This document shows, in pieces, positions 1 to 10,638 of a stretch of DNA of 64,000 nt. Where the stretch lies: the NCBI GenBank assembly GCA_965204735.1, contig OZ242008.1:1472001-1536000 (forward strand), read 5' to 3'. Source of the stretch: Longimicrobiales bacterium (GTDB lineage Bacteria > Gemmatimonadota > Gemmatimonadetes > Longimicrobiales > Gaopeijiaceae). The position numbers were made by a program, and so were the translations under genes. The notes below the pieces were generated by a model, which was not told the origin of the DNA, ran no database searches, and saw nothing but the letters and a program-made list of their open reading frames with translations. The first letter of the stretch is position 1. Each line of letters starts with the position of its first letter.

Positions 1-1271
1 TGCTCATGGCGGCGGGCTTCGACCGCTACTTCCAGATCGCCCGTTGCTTCCGGGACGAGGACCTGCGGGCTGACCGGCAGCCCGAGTTCACCCAGATCGA
101 CGTGGAGGCGTCCTTCGTCGAGCCGGTGGACGTCTACCGATGGTGCGAAGGGATGGCGGTCGAAGTCGCCCGGGCCTCCGCCGCCTCCGCCGAGCCGCCG
201 TTCCCCCGGCTGGAGTGGAGCGAGGCGATGGAGCGCTTCGGCAGCGACCGCCCCGACCTGCGGTGGGGGTTGGAGATCGAGGACATGACGGCGACGCTGG
301 GAGCCCTGGAGTTCCGGGTCCTGCGGAGCGCCGTCGAAGCCGGAGGACGGGTCCGGGGGATTCGGTTGCCGGGCGGCGCGCGCCTTTCGCGCAGGCAGAT
401 CGCCGCCGTCGAGGACGCCGCCAAGGCCGCGGGGGCGCCCGGCCTTCTTTGGGCGAAGGTCCAGGACGGCGGCGCGGCGTCGGGTCCCCTGGGGCGCTTC
501 TTCCAGGACGGCACTTCCGAGCGGCTGGCCCTGGCGCCCGGCGACCTCCTTCTGACCGCGGCCGGCAACGACGCGACGACCTCGCCGGCCCTCTCGGCGG
601 CACGCTCCGCCTCGATCGCGGCGCTGGACCCGCCCCGGCGCACGGACCACGCTTGGCTCTGGGTGTCGGACTTCCCCCTCTTCGAGACGCGAACCTCCGG
701 CCAGCCCGAAACCGAGGCCCAGCCCGAAACCGAGGCTCAGCCCGAGGCCAGCGGCCAGCCCCGAACCTCCGCCCAGCCCGGAACCGGCGGCGAAGCCGTC
801 GGGCCGACCGGCGCCGCCCTCGCCGCCAGCCACCACCCCTTCGTCCAGCCCAACCCCGAGGACGTCCACCTCTTGGACTCGGAGCCGCTGGCCGTCCGGG
901 GCCTTGCCTACGACCTGGTCTACAACGGGACCGAACTGGGCTCGGGCAGCATCCGCATCCACGACGCCGACCTCCAGCGCCGCGTCCTGACGCTGCTGGG
1001 ACTCGCCCCGTCCGAGATCGAGGCCAAGTTCGGCTTCCTGCTGGAGGCGCTCCGCTCCGGCGCGCCGCCCCACGGCGGGATCGCCCTGGGCGTCGACCGG
1101 ATCGCGGCCCGCCTCTCGGGGGCGGCCAGCTTGCGGGACGTGGTCGCCTTCCCCAAGACCACCGCGGCCCGGGCTCTCTTCGAAGGCGCTCCGGCCCCGG
1201 CGCCCGCCGACGAGGTGGCCGCCCTGGGCATTGCGCTCTCCCGCGAAGCCGCCGGCGGGGGCGCCCCTTGA
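1..1271 (+). CDS. aspS: Aspartate--tRNA ligase, 3' part (gene starts before the window)
   Basis: Motif 2 'FDRYFQIARCFRDEDLRADRQPEFTQID' and motif 3 'GAPPHGGIALGVDR..RDVVAFPKT'; ~45-aa repeat insertion at ~688-825. Confidence 0.95.
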   Translation, partial: LMAAGFDRYFQIARCFRDEDLRADRQPEFTQIDVEASFVEPVDVYRWCEGMAVEVARASAASAEPPFPRLEWSEAMERFGSDRPDLRWGLEIEDMTATLGALEFRVLRSAVEAGGRVRGIRLPGGARLSRRQIAAVEDAAKAAGAPGLLWAKVQDGGAASGPLGRFFQDGTSERLALAPGDLLLTAAGNDATTSPALSAARSASIAALDPPRRTDHAWLWVSDFPLFETRTSGQPETEAQPETEAQPEASGQPRTSAQPGTGGEAVGPTGAALAASHHPFVQPNPEDVHLLDSEPLAVRGLAYDLVYNGTELGSGSIRIHDADLQRRVLTLLGLAPSEIEAKFGFLLEALRSGAPPHGGIALGVDRIAARLSGAASLRDVVAFPKTTAARALFEGAPAPAPADEVAALGIALSREAAGGGAP

Positions 1272-2362
1272 CCAGCGCCGCGGCCGTTCGTCGCCTCGTG
1301 AACGCCGAAGGGGCCGATCCGCTGATCCTGGCGGGCGTGGGCGACGCCAACCTGCGCGAGCTGGAGTCCCTCTTCCGCGTTCGGGTCGTTCTGCGGCAGG
1401 ACCATGTGGACCTTGCCGGGTCGCCGGAATCGGTGGCGGAGGCGGCTCGGGTCGCCGGCCACATGGTCGACTTGGCGCGCCTGGGCAAGTCGTTTCCCGC
1501 CGCCGACGTGACCCGCTTCGCCACTGGCCTGGAGGGACGCGGAGCGCCGCCGGCGGCCGACGAGGACGACCCTCTGCGCCTGGCGCTGCCGGGGGGCCGC
1601 CGCGTGAGCCCCCGCTCCGAGGGCCAGCGAGCCTACTTGCAGGCCATGGAGGACTCGGACGTGGTGGTGGGGATCGGGCCGGCCGGCACGGGGAAGACGT
1701 ACTTGGCAGTGGCCCGAGCCGTGGGCGAGCTCTTCCGCAAGCGGGTCCGGCGGATCGTGCTGGCGCGCCCGGCGGTGGAGGCGGGCGAGAGCCTGGGGTT
1801 CCTGCCCGGCGATCTGCAAGAGAAGGTGGACCCCTACCTGCGCCCGCTCTACGACGCGCTGGAGGACATGATCCCGCCGGCGCGGGTGCGGCGGGGGATC
1901 GGAGACCGCACGATCGAGATCGCGCCCCTGGCGTACATGCGCGGAAGAACGCTCTCCGACGCCTTCGTGATCCTGGACGAAGCCCAGAACGCCACGGCCG
2001 CCCAGATGAAGATGTTCCTGACCCGGATCGGCGTGAACTCCCGGGTGGTGATCACCGGGGACAAGACGCAGATCGACCTGCCGCGCTCCGAGCCGTCGGG
2101 CCTCCTGGAGATCGAAGCGGTCCTGCGGCGCGTGGACGGGATCGAGTTCGTGTACCTGGACGCCTCGGACGTCACGCGGCACCGCTTGGTCGAGAAGATC
2201 ATCCGGGCCTACGAGGCGGTGGACGGTCGGCGGGCCGAAGCGGGCGACGGCCGGCCCGAGACCGCCGGGCGGACCGAAGCCGACGGCCGCCAGACCGAGA
2301 CCGGCGGGCGGCGCCAAGCGGACGGCCCGCGAGCCAGCGCCGACGGCAATGAGCGAGGCTAG
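1268..2362 (+). CDS. phoH: PhoH family ATPase
   Basis: TTG overlapping the aspS stop; 'GPAGTGKTYLA', 'RPAVEAGESLGFLPGDL..KVDPYLRPLYDAL', 'AYMRGRTL..AFVILDEAQN'. Confidence 0.93.
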   Translation: MTSAAAVRRLVNAEGADPLILAGVGDANLRELESLFRVRVVLRQDHVDLAGSPESVAEAARVAGHMVDLARLGKSFPAADVTRFATGLEGRGAPPAADEDDPLRLALPGGRRVSPRSEGQRAYLQAMEDSDVVVGIGPAGTGKTYLAVARAVGELFRKRVRRIVLARPAVEAGESLGFLPGDLQEKVDPYLRPLYDALEDMIPPARVRRGIGDRTIEIAPLAYMRGRTLSDAFVILDEAQNATAAQMKMFLTRIGVNSRVVITGDKTQIDLPRSEPSGLLEIEAVLRRVDGIEFVYLDASDVTRHRLVEKIIRAYEAVDGRRAEAGDGRPETAGRTEADGRQTETGGRRQADGPRASADGNERG

Positions 2363-4736
2363 GCGGGCGCGGCGCGTCCTCAGCGGCGCGCCGGAGCGGC
2401 TGTGGCCCGACGCGGTCCTCCACCACGGCGCACGCGGGCTGGTGGTGCTGGTGCTGGGCGTCGGAATCGCGGCGCTCTTTCCGGCGGAGCCCGGGGTCTC
2501 GATCGGGCGCTGGCGGGCGGACACGGTGGCCGAGCGGGACGTCCTGGCCGAGATCGCCTTCGACGTGCCCAGAAGCGCCGTCGACCTGGCTCGGGAGCGC
2601 CGGGAAGCCCGGGACTCGACGATCCCCACGTTCGTCCACCGCCCCGACGCCCAGGACTCGGTGCTGGCGGCTCTGGCGGCTTTCTTCGACCGGCTGGGCA
2701 CGGCGGCAGCCTCCGGCGGCACCGCCGGGGTGGCGGCGGTTCTCGACGACTCCGGGATCGACGCCGGCGAGGAGGAGGTGCAGCTTGCGGCGGACGCCGG
2801 CGAGCGGGACCGGCTCCACGACCAGGCGGCGGCGGCAGTCCGGTCCCACTTCCCCGGCGGCGTCATGGCCGGGGCCGCGGCGTCGGAGGTGGAAACCGAC
2901 TCGATCCGGGTCGCTCGGGACGGACGGACGGCGCTGGCCGCCCGCAGTGCCGTCCTGTCGGAACGCGAGTTCTACGAGCGGGCGCTGGCCGGGGCGGCCC
3001 CGGGCCCCTGGAGCGAGCTCCTGCGCAACGTTCTGGCCCGCTTCCTGTCTCCCAGCTTGACGCTGGACTTGGCCCGAACCGAGCGGGACCGGCAGACCGC
3101 GGCGAGCGCAGTTCCCGTGATCGCCACTCGCGTCCTTCAGGGCGAGGCGATCGTGCGGGCGAACCAGCAGGTGGGCGACGACGAGCTTCGCAAGCTGGGT
3201 GCCTACCGGGCCGCGCTCCGCTCCCAAGGCCGCAACGTGGACGCTTCCAACCTTGGAGGACTCTTCGGCGGAGTCCTTCTCAACACGCTGCTGCTGGGCG
3301 GCTTCGGCGTGGTGATCCTCTTCCATCGCCGGGACCTGTACCGGGCGTTCCGCTCGGTCCTGACCGTGGCCGGAATCTTCGCGTTCTACTTCCTGGCCGC
3401 GTTCCTGGTGGCGCGCCTGGAGCTCCCGGCCGCGTCCGCTCCCGTCGCCTTCGTCGCCATCGCGCTGGCGGTTCTGTGGGACGGGCGCCTGGCGTTCGCC
3501 GCGGCGTGCGTCCTCGCCGCCCTCACCGCCGCGCAGGAGCCGTTCTCCACGGTCCACGCCTTCTTGGCCGCGCTTGCGGGCGGCGGCGCCGCGGCCCTCT
3601 CGGTGCGGGCGTTCCGCAGGCTCTCCCAGACCTGGGTCTTCATCGCCGTCGTCGCCGCGGCCTACGCCCTGGCCCTCTCGGCCCTCCAGCTGCGCGGCGC
3701 CGACTTCCCGTTCCTGGCCTCGCTGGGCGCGGCGCTGGCCAGCACCGTGCTGGGCGCCATCCTGGCGATCGGCTTCGTCCCCGTCTTCGAGTGGCTCACC
3801 GGCCTCACCACCGCCCAGACCCTCGTCGGATGGGCCGACCTGGACCGGCCCCTCCTGCGCCGGCTGGCGGTGGAGGCGCCCGGCACCTACGCCCACACGA
3901 TGCAGGTGGCGGCCTTGGCGGAAGCGGGTGCCGGGGCGGTCGGCGCCGACCCGCTCCTCTGTCGGGCGGGCGTCTACTACCACGACGTGGGCAAGCTCGC
4001 CAAGCCGGGCCACTTCATCGAGAACCAGCGCGGCGACAACCCCCACGACGAGATGGACCCGGAGGTCTCGGCGGCCGTCGTCCGCGAGCACGTCACCGAG
4101 GGGATCAAGCTGGCTCGACGGGAGAAGTTGCCGAAGGTGGTGGCCGCGTTCATCCCCGAGCACCACGGCGACCACACCATCGGCTACTTCTTGGCGAAGG
4201 CCCGGGAGCGCTCCGCCGAGGAAGGAGCGGACCCGCCGGACCCGGCGCTCTTCCGCTATCCGGGACCCCGGCCCCAGAGCCGCGAGACGGGGATCGCCAT
4301 GTTGGCCGACGCAGTGGAGTCGTCGGTCCGCGCGATGAAGAACCCCACCAAGGCCCGGATCGCCGAGCTGATCGAGGAGATCGTCTCCCAGCGCGCCGCC
4401 GGCGGCCAGCTGGACGACACTTCCCTCACCTTCGGCGACCTGGTCGTCCTCAAGGCTCGGTTCGCCGAAGTGCTGGCGGGAATGCACCACCAGCGGATCG
4501 ACTACCCGGAGACGCGGCGCTTGACCGCGGCCGCCGAGCCCGAGCCCGCTGCGGCCGATCCCGAACCCGCGGCGCCCGAGCCCGCGGCCGCCGAGCCTGA
4601 CCCCGCTGCGGCCGAGTCGCCGCCCAGGCCCGAGCCGCCCGCTTCGCCCGCCGCCGCCGAGCCCGAGCCCCCGTCCGAGCCTGCGGCCGACGACGACCCC
4701 AAGCCTTCGCCCCCGCCCGCCGGAGAAGACCGCTGA
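2349..4736 (+). CDS. 7TM-HDIG membrane phosphohydrolase (PgpH/YqfF-like)
   Basis: Extracellular domain, multiple TM segments, 'APGTYAH', 'YYHDVGK..PGHFIENQ', 'EHHGD', 'MLADAVE'; typical phoH-HD-ybeY context. Confidence 0.9.
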   Translation: MSEARRARRVLSGAPERLWPDAVLHHGARGLVVLVLGVGIAALFPAEPGVSIGRWRADTVAERDVLAEIAFDVPRSAVDLARERREARDSTIPTFVHRPDAQDSVLAALAAFFDRLGTAAASGGTAGVAAVLDDSGIDAGEEEVQLAADAGERDRLHDQAAAAVRSHFPGGVMAGAAASEVETDSIRVARDGRTALAARSAVLSEREFYERALAGAAPGPWSELLRNVLARFLSPSLTLDLARTERDRQTAASAVPVIATRVLQGEAIVRANQQVGDDELRKLGAYRAALRSQGRNVDASNLGGLFGGVLLNTLLLGGFGVVILFHRRDLYRAFRSVLTVAGIFAFYFLAAFLVARLELPAASAPVAFVAIALAVLWDGRLAFAAACVLAALTAAQEPFSTVHAFLAALAGGGAAALSVRAFRRLSQTWVFIAVVAAAYALALSALQLRGADFPFLASLGAALASTVLGAILAIGFVPVFEWLTGLTTAQTLVGWADLDRPLLRRLAVEAPGTYAHTMQVAALAEAGAGAVGADPLLCRAGVYYHDVGKLAKPGHFIENQRGDNPHDEMDPEVSAAVVREHVTEGIKLARREKLPKVVAAFIPEHHGDHTIGYFLAKARERSAEEGADPPDPALFRYPGPRPQSRETGIAMLADAVESSVRAMKNPTKARIAELIEEIVSQRAAGGQLDDTSLTFGDLVVLKARFAEVLAGMHHQRIDYPETRRLTAAAEPEPAAADPEPAAPEPAAAEPDPAAAESPPRPEPPASPAAAEPEPPSEPAADDDPKPSPPPAGEDR

Positions 4737-4747
4737 TCGCCGTCCAC

Positions 4748-5182
4748 GTGGCCGCCGACCGACGCTCCCACGTCCCCGTCGGGCTGGTGGAGCGGGCCGT
4801 CCGCGAGACCCTGCGCCGCGAGCAGGTCCTTCGCGCCGAGCTTTCGGTCGCCTACCTGGGAGACGAGGAGATCGCCGCGCTCCACGAGCGCCACCTGGGC
4901 CGCGCCGGCCCCACCGACGTGCTCTCCTTCGCTCTCCACGACGCCGACGGCGACCCTCTGGGCGACGTCTATGTGGGCCGCGACCAAGCCCTGCGCCAGG
5001 CGGCGGAGGTCGGCGTCCCGCCCGACGAGGAGATGGTTCGCCTGGCCGTCCATGGGACGCTTCACGTGCTGGGCCACGACCATCCAGCAGGAGCCGGCCG
5101 CGTCCGCTGCGCGATGTTCCGCTTGCAGGAGGAGATCGTCCGCTGGGCTCGGCGAGCCGCCTCGGACGGAAGCGCGGCGTGA
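4748..5182 (+). CDS. ybeY: rRNA maturation RNase YbeY
   Basis: 'PTDVLSF', 'LGDVYV', 'HGTLHVLGHDH' metal-binding motif; start uncertain. Confidence 0.93.
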   Translation: MAADRRSHVPVGLVERAVRETLRREQVLRAELSVAYLGDEEIAALHERHLGRAGPTDVLSFALHDADGDPLGDVYVGRDQALRQAAEVGVPPDEEMVRLAVHGTLHVLGHDHPAGAGRVRCAMFRLQEEIVRWARRAASDGSAA

Positions 5183-6642
5183 ACCGGGACCGCGGCTTCG
5201 TCGAGGAGCCCAGGGCGAAGGGCAGGGACGAGGTCGAAGAGAGCGACTCGGCAAAGGTCGGGGACGTGGCAGCGGACGATCGCCCGGTTCTCGGCGAGCG
5301 GACGGCTCGCCTTGCCGAACTGGCCCGCCTGGCCGAGGCCGGCGACTTCTCGCGCCTCTCCGAGTTCGCCGGCGAGATGCATCCCTCCGACGTAGCCGAC
5401 TTGGTCGCCTCCGTGTCCGTGGAGGCGGTGCGGCTGCGCATCCTGGAGGCGCTCCCCACCGAAGTGGCCTCCGAGACCCTTGCCGAGATGGAGGAGGACG
5501 AGGCCCGAGCCGAGCTCTTGGGCGCCCTGGGCTCGACTCGGGGCGCGGCGCTTCTGAAGGAGCTGCCCGACGACGACGCCGCGGACCTGGTGGGCGAGCT
5601 CGAGCCCGAGGACAGGGATCGGATGCTGGCGGCCCTGCCCAGCGAGGAGGCGCGCGAGATCAGGGACCTCCTCCGCTACGGCGAGGAGACGGCGGGCGGC
5701 CTCATGACCACGTCCCTGGTGTCGGTGGCGGCCGACGCCAGCGCCGGACGCGCCATCGCCGAGATCCGCCGGCAGGGCCGGGAAGTGGAGGACTTCTACA
5801 CCGTCTTCGTGGTGGACGGACGAGGCCGGTTGCGGGGAACCGTCCCCCTGGACGACCTGATCGTGGCCGACCCGGCGGACCCCATCGAGTCGCTGGTGGA
5901 GCCCTCGACGGCCACCGTCCTTCCCGACACGGACCAGGAGGAGGCGGGGCGGATCATCGGCCGCTACAACTTGGCCAGCCTCCCCGTCGTCAACCGCGAA
6001 GGCGCCCTGCTGGGCCGGATCACCTTCGACGACGTGATCGACGTGATCGAGGCCGAGACCACCGAGGACATCCTGAAGCTGGCCGGCGTCTCCGACGACG
6101 AGGAGCTCCGGGCAGGCTGGCTGGAGGCGGTGCGCTCCCGGTTGCCCTGGCTGGTGCTCAACCTGGTCACCGCCGGGGTCGCGGCTTCCGTCATCCTCAA
6201 CTTCGAGCACGTAGTCGGCGAAGCGACGTTCCTCGCCTTCCTGATGCCGGTGATCGCGGCCCTGGGCGGGAACACGGGCACCCAGGCGCTGGCGGTCACG
6301 ATCCGACGCATCGCCGTCGGCGAGGGCCTCTTGGCGGACAACTTCCGCGTGGTGGGCAAGGAAGTGTTGGTGGGTCTCGTGAACGGACTGGTCCTGGGCG
6401 CGTGCTTCGCGGCGTTCGCGTACTTCTACGACGGCCAGCCGCGGATGGGCGTGGTGGTGCTCCTGGCCATGTGGGCCAACATCGTGGTCGCCGGCTTCGC
6501 CGGGGCGATGGTGCCCACCGTCCTGAACCGCGTGGGCGTGGACCCGGCCGTCGCCTCGTCCGTCTTCGTCCACACCCTGACGGACCTGGTGGGCTTCTCC
6601 ATGGTCCTGATCCTGGCGACGACCCTTCTGGGCCTGGGCTGA
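5179..6642 (+). CDS. mgtE: Magnesium transporter MgtE
   Basis: MgtE_N, CBS pair ('ETAGGLMT'), 'RLPWL', 'GGNTGTQA', 'DPAVASSVFVHTLTD'. Confidence 0.95.
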   Translation: MNRDRGFVEEPRAKGRDEVEESDSAKVGDVAADDRPVLGERTARLAELARLAEAGDFSRLSEFAGEMHPSDVADLVASVSVEAVRLRILEALPTEVASETLAEMEEDEARAELLGALGSTRGAALLKELPDDDAADLVGELEPEDRDRMLAALPSEEAREIRDLLRYGEETAGGLMTTSLVSVAADASAGRAIAEIRRQGREVEDFYTVFVVDGRGRLRGTVPLDDLIVADPADPIESLVEPSTATVLPDTDQEEAGRIIGRYNLASLPVVNREGALLGRITFDDVIDVIEAETTEDILKLAGVSDDEELRAGWLEAVRSRLPWLVLNLVTAGVAASVILNFEHVVGEATFLAFLMPVIAALGGNTGTQALAVTIRRIAVGEGLLADNFRVVGKEVLVGLVNGLVLGACFAAFAYFYDGQPRMGVVVLLAMWANIVVAGFAGAMVPTVLNRVGVDPAVASSVFVHTLTDLVGFSMVLILATTLLGLG

Positions 6643-6646
6643 GGCC

Positions 6647-7930
6647 GTGACCGACCTCCGTCTCCGCCGGCTGGCGAGGGAGTTTCGGGAGGGGAAGCGT
6701 CCGGCGCTGGCCAGGGCCGTGTCGATGGTGGAGAGCCGGCGTCCAGGCGCGGAAGCCCTTCTCGAAGCCCTTCTCCAGGTCAGGCCCCGAGCGCGGCGGA
6801 TGGGGATCACGGGACCGCCAGGCGCCGGCAAGTCCACCTTGGCCGCGGGGCTGGCCGCCCTGCTGCGGGAGCGGGGCGAAGAAGTGGCGATCGTGGCCGT
6901 GGACCCCACTTCGCCCTTCTCCGGCGGCGCGCTCTTGGGGGACCGCATCCGGATGAACGACCTGGCCACCGACCGGGGCGTCTTCATCCGCTCCATGGCG
7001 ACCCGCGGCTCGCTGGGCGGGCTGGCGGCGGCGACTCGCGAAGTCGTGGACCTGCTGGACGCCTTCGGCTTCCCCAACGTGCTGGTGGAGACGGTGGGCG
7101 TCGGCCAGACCGAGCTGGAGATCGCGTCGGCGGTGGACTCGGTGGCCGTCGTCCTGGTTCCCGAGTCCGGCGACGGCATCCAAGCGCTGAAGGCCGGCCT
7201 CATGGAGATCGCCGACGTCTTCGTCGTGAACAAGTCGGACCGCCCGGGCGCCGACCGCCTGGTCCGCGACCTCCGCCTGGCCATGCACCTGAAGGCGGGT
7301 CGGGCGACCCGCGATGTGCCCGCCCATCACGGAGCAGACCTCTCGCGGGCGGCCCCCGATCCCCAGCCCCCGGCCCCCGCCCGTCGGCCCGCCGCCGAGC
7401 CGACCGTCGGGCGCGTCCTCGACGACTCGGCCGAAGAACACCCGGCCCCCGCCCGTCCGCCCGCCGCCGAGCCGACCCCGAGCGCGGCGCCGCCCCGTGG
7501 CCCGGAGTCGCCTCCCGCCCCGGACGCCAAGCCGGCGCCCCGCTGGACAGCAGGCCAGAGCGACCTCCTTCCCCGAGGGAGCGCCCCGGAACCGCCCGAG
7601 TGGGAGGCGCCCGTCCTGAAGACCTCGGCCGGTCGCGGCGAAGGGATCGACGTTCTCCTGGACGCGATCCTCGCGCACCACCGCCACCTCCGTGAATCGT
7701 CGGAGCTGGCGCGTCGCCGCCATCGACGCGCGCGCCAACGGATCGCCGATGTCGTCGAGGGCCGACTGCATCGCCGCGCGGCGCGCGCGCTGGCCGCCGA
7801 CCCGCGCTTGCCCGAGTGGGCCGGCGACGTGGCCGCCGGAAGGGTCACGGCCTACGAAGTGGCGGCCAAGGCGATTCCCGAGATCGTTTCCGACCTGTTG
7901 AAGGGCATGGACGTGCCCAGGACAAATTGA
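6647..7930 (+). CDS. meaB: Methylmalonyl-CoA mutase-associated GTPase MeaB/ArgK
   Basis: 'GITGPPGAGKST', 'VDPTSPFSGGALLGDRIRM', 'ETVGVGQ', 'VNKSD'; Pro-rich insertion at ~7340-7595. Confidence 0.93.
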   Translation: MTDLRLRRLAREFREGKRPALARAVSMVESRRPGAEALLEALLQVRPRARRMGITGPPGAGKSTLAAGLAALLRERGEEVAIVAVDPTSPFSGGALLGDRIRMNDLATDRGVFIRSMATRGSLGGLAAATREVVDLLDAFGFPNVLVETVGVGQTELEIASAVDSVAVVLVPESGDGIQALKAGLMEIADVFVVNKSDRPGADRLVRDLRLAMHLKAGRATRDVPAHHGADLSRAAPDPQPPAPARRPAAEPTVGRVLDDSAEEHPAPARPPAAEPTPSAAPPRGPESPPAPDAKPAPRWTAGQSDLLPRGSAPEPPEWEAPVLKTSAGRGEGIDVLLDAILAHHRHLRESSELARRRHRRARQRIADVVEGRLHRRAARALAADPRLPEWAGDVAAGRVTAYEVAAKAIPEIVSDLLKGMDVPRTN

Positions 7931-8052
7931 ACTCGAGGTCTCCGGCCCCCTCGGGCGTCTGCGGGAGCCTTGTCTTCGGGAGCGTCGTCTGCCGTCGCGC
8001 GCAAGGCCGTCGCGCGCTTGCGAACGCTTGCGGCGCCGTCCAGTATTGTCGA

Positions 8053-10638
8053 ATGAAGCTTTCGGTCGTGTCCGTCATGGCCCGCGTACTTGCTTTGTCG
8101 GCGCTGCTCGTTGCCGCTTGCGGGCCCGACGAGCAAGTGACCGCGCCCGCGCCGCCACCGCCCAGCCCCGATGCCGCAGGGGCCGCGGACCACGCCCCGG
8201 CAGCCTCCGTCCGCGTGTCGCCCGTGGGCTACGTCGCCTTCACCCGCTCCGGCGCCACGGCCAACTCCTTCGCCTTCTCCGCCCGCCTCGTGGACAGCGC
8301 GGGCGCCTCCCTGTCGATCCCGGCCGCCGGCCTCGACTGGTCGCTCAGGCCCGGCCGCGCGTTCCGCGTGGAAGGCGACAGCGTGACCGGCGACCGCCGG
8401 ACGGCCCAGCTGGTCGTGCGGGCGTCGGCCGGAGGGCGCGACGCGGTGGTGGCCGGCCACGGCGCCGCCGCCGACACGGCGTTCGCCGAGAACTGGGAGT
8501 GGATGACGCCCGACTTCCAGTGGGAAGGCGACCCGTGGACTCCCGCCGGCGAGTCGCGATGCGCCCGGGTCTCGCAAGCCACCGGCGCCTCGGAGATCGC
8601 CTTGGCGGACTTCGATCTGTACGTCGCGTCCTTCGACCCGGCCGCCGTCCAAGTGGACTCGGCCTCGCTGGCGTCGGGCGGTCGAGCCGTGCGCGTCTGC
8701 TTCACCGCGCGCGGGTCCGGCGCCACCGGCTTGGCCATGACCGGACGGGACGCGGCCAACCACCGCTTCTGGGGATGGCACCGCGATCACGTCGTCCTGA
8801 CCCCTCCGCTCTCCCTGGGCTTCGAGCACGGCGAGCAGTACGAAATCGGCGTCGGGCAGCGTACCGACTTGAACGCGCGCCTCCAAGGCGGCCACGGCGC
8901 TTCGGTTGTCTTGGACGGCGAAGCAAGCGCCGTCTCCTGGACCAGCGGCGACGCGGCGGTGGCGACCGTGAACGCCACTGGCGCGGTCGTCGGCGTCGCC
9001 TCCGGGACGGCGGCAGTGTCCGCGGCGTACCGGAACGTGACCGGCCGCGCCGTCGTCGACGTGTACGAAATCACGGGCGGGCGAGTCGGCGAAGAGATCG
9101 TCTGCATCTCGACGCGACGGGGCGCCGTGAGGTGCTGGGGCCACAGCGAGGAGGAGATGCTGGGCTACGCCGTCGGCTACGCCGAGATCGTCGTGCGACC
9201 GACGCAGGTGGCCAACGTGGACATGGGCGCCAGGGTCCGAGCCGTCTTCAATGCGAGCGTGCGCGCCGCGTGCGCCATCACGGCCTCGGCGGAGCTTCGT
9301 TGCTGGGGGCACCCGAACTGGGGCTCGCTGGGGTATGGGAACGAGCGGGACTTCGGCAAGCACTCGGTCCCGCGAACCGCAGGTCCCGTCCCGCTGGGAG
9401 GCGCCCCGGCCTACGTGGGCGGAGGCCCGGCCGACCACTTCTGCACGGTGCTGGTTTCCGGCGGCCTGCGCTGCGTGGGCAGCAACTTGGCGGGGCAGGT
9501 GGGCTACGGCGTGTCTTACGCGGCCAACCGGGTCGTGGGCGACAACGAGACGCCGGCCCGGATGGGCGACGTGCCCTTGGGCGGCAGGGCGGTTCACGTG
9601 GCCACGGGAGGAAGGGCGGGGATGACGTGCGCCGCGCTGGAGAACGGGCGCGGACGGTGCTGGGGGATCAACGCCAACGACTGGGTTCCCGCGACGGCCA
9701 CCGTGGAGGAGCCGACGTACGGCCTGGGGTACGGACGCGCACAGGGGTACGACTCCCCGATCGGCGACGACGAGACCCCGGCGGACGTGGGGGACCTGCC
9801 CGTGGAAGGCCGCATCGTCCAGTTCGCGGTGGGCGGCTTCCACATCTGCGCCCTGCTGGAAGGCGGCTCGGTTCGGTGCTGGGGAAGCAACTACAACGGC
9901 AACTTGGGCGCGGGACGGGGCGCCCGCGAGCACGTTGCGGACGCCGCCGAGTCGGTGGAGCTGGTCTTCCCGCATCCCGTGGTGCAGATCCAGGCCGGTT
10001 GGTCCCACACGTGCGTGCTCATGGAGAACGGGGCCGTTCGCTGCTGGGGCGCCAACTACTACGGCGCCCTGGGACTGGGGGACACGCGAGGGCGGGGGAT
10101 CACCGAGTCCGTCGAGTCCGTCGAAGATGTGCGGCTCGGGGGTCCGGCCGTCCGGCTTCTGGGCTCGGGCCAGTACGAGAACTGCGTCGTCATGCGGGCG
10201 GGCGGGCTGCGCTGCTGGGGCGCCAACTGGAACGGCCACTTCGGCTACCCCTTCAAGGAGGACGTGGGCGACAACGAGCATCCGGCGGACGTGGGCGACA
10301 TCTTGGTGTTCCCAGGGCCGGTTCCGGCACGGCGCCTGGGGACGACGAACTTGCCCGGCCGGGCGTTCGGAGCGCCGCCGCCCGCCGCTGCCGCGTCGCC
10401 GTCGGTTGCGCTTCCGGCGCCCACCTCGGCCCCGCCTCCCCCGGTCCTGGTGATCGACTGGCAGGAGCTGAGCGAGTCCGCCGCCGCAGCGCGCCTCGAC
10501 AACGCCGACGAGTCGCAAACCCGGCCCACCCAAGGCCCGCTCCGACCGTGGGTCGGCCCCCTGGTCGGCGCCGGCGGTTGGATCGCGCCCTCGGCGGTGC
10601 CGGCGTCCACGGCGTGGATCAAGGTCGCAAGGCGATGA
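8053..10638 (+). CDS. Lipoprotein with Ig-like (Big_2) domain and RCC1-like beta-propeller repeats
   Basis: Lipobox 'LLVAAC'; 'WTSGDAAVATVNATGAVVGV' Big_2 signature; ~7 'C.....G.VRCWG.N..G.LG' repeats; start set at ATG 8053. Confidence 0.8.
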   Translation: MKLSVVSVMARVLALSALLVAACGPDEQVTAPAPPPPSPDAAGAADHAPAASVRVSPVGYVAFTRSGATANSFAFSARLVDSAGASLSIPAAGLDWSLRPGRAFRVEGDSVTGDRRTAQLVVRASAGGRDAVVAGHGAAADTAFAENWEWMTPDFQWEGDPWTPAGESRCARVSQATGASEIALADFDLYVASFDPAAVQVDSASLASGGRAVRVCFTARGSGATGLAMTGRDAANHRFWGWHRDHVVLTPPLSLGFEHGEQYEIGVGQRTDLNARLQGGHGASVVLDGEASAVSWTSGDAAVATVNATGAVVGVASGTAAVSAAYRNVTGRAVVDVYEITGGRVGEEIVCISTRRGAVRCWGHSEEEMLGYAVGYAEIVVRPTQVANVDMGARVRAVFNASVRAACAITASAELRCWGHPNWGSLGYGNERDFGKHSVPRTAGPVPLGGAPAYVGGGPADHFCTVLVSGGLRCVGSNLAGQVGYGVSYAANRVVGDNETPARMGDVPLGGRAVHVATGGRAGMTCAALENGRGRCWGINANDWVPATATVEEPTYGLGYGRAQGYDSPIGDDETPADVGDLPVEGRIVQFAVGGFHICALLEGGSVRCWGSNYNGNLGAGRGAREHVADAAESVELVFPHPVVQIQAGWSHTCVLMENGAVRCWGANYYGALGLGDTRGRGITESVESVEDVRLGGPAVRLLGSGQYENCVVMRAGGLRCWGANWNGHFGYPFKEDVGDNEHPADVGDILVFPGPVPARRLGTTNLPGRAFGAPPPAAAASPSVALPAPTSAPPPPVLVIDWQELSESAAAARLDNADESQTRPTQGPLRPWVGPLVGAGGWIAPSAVPASTAWIKVARR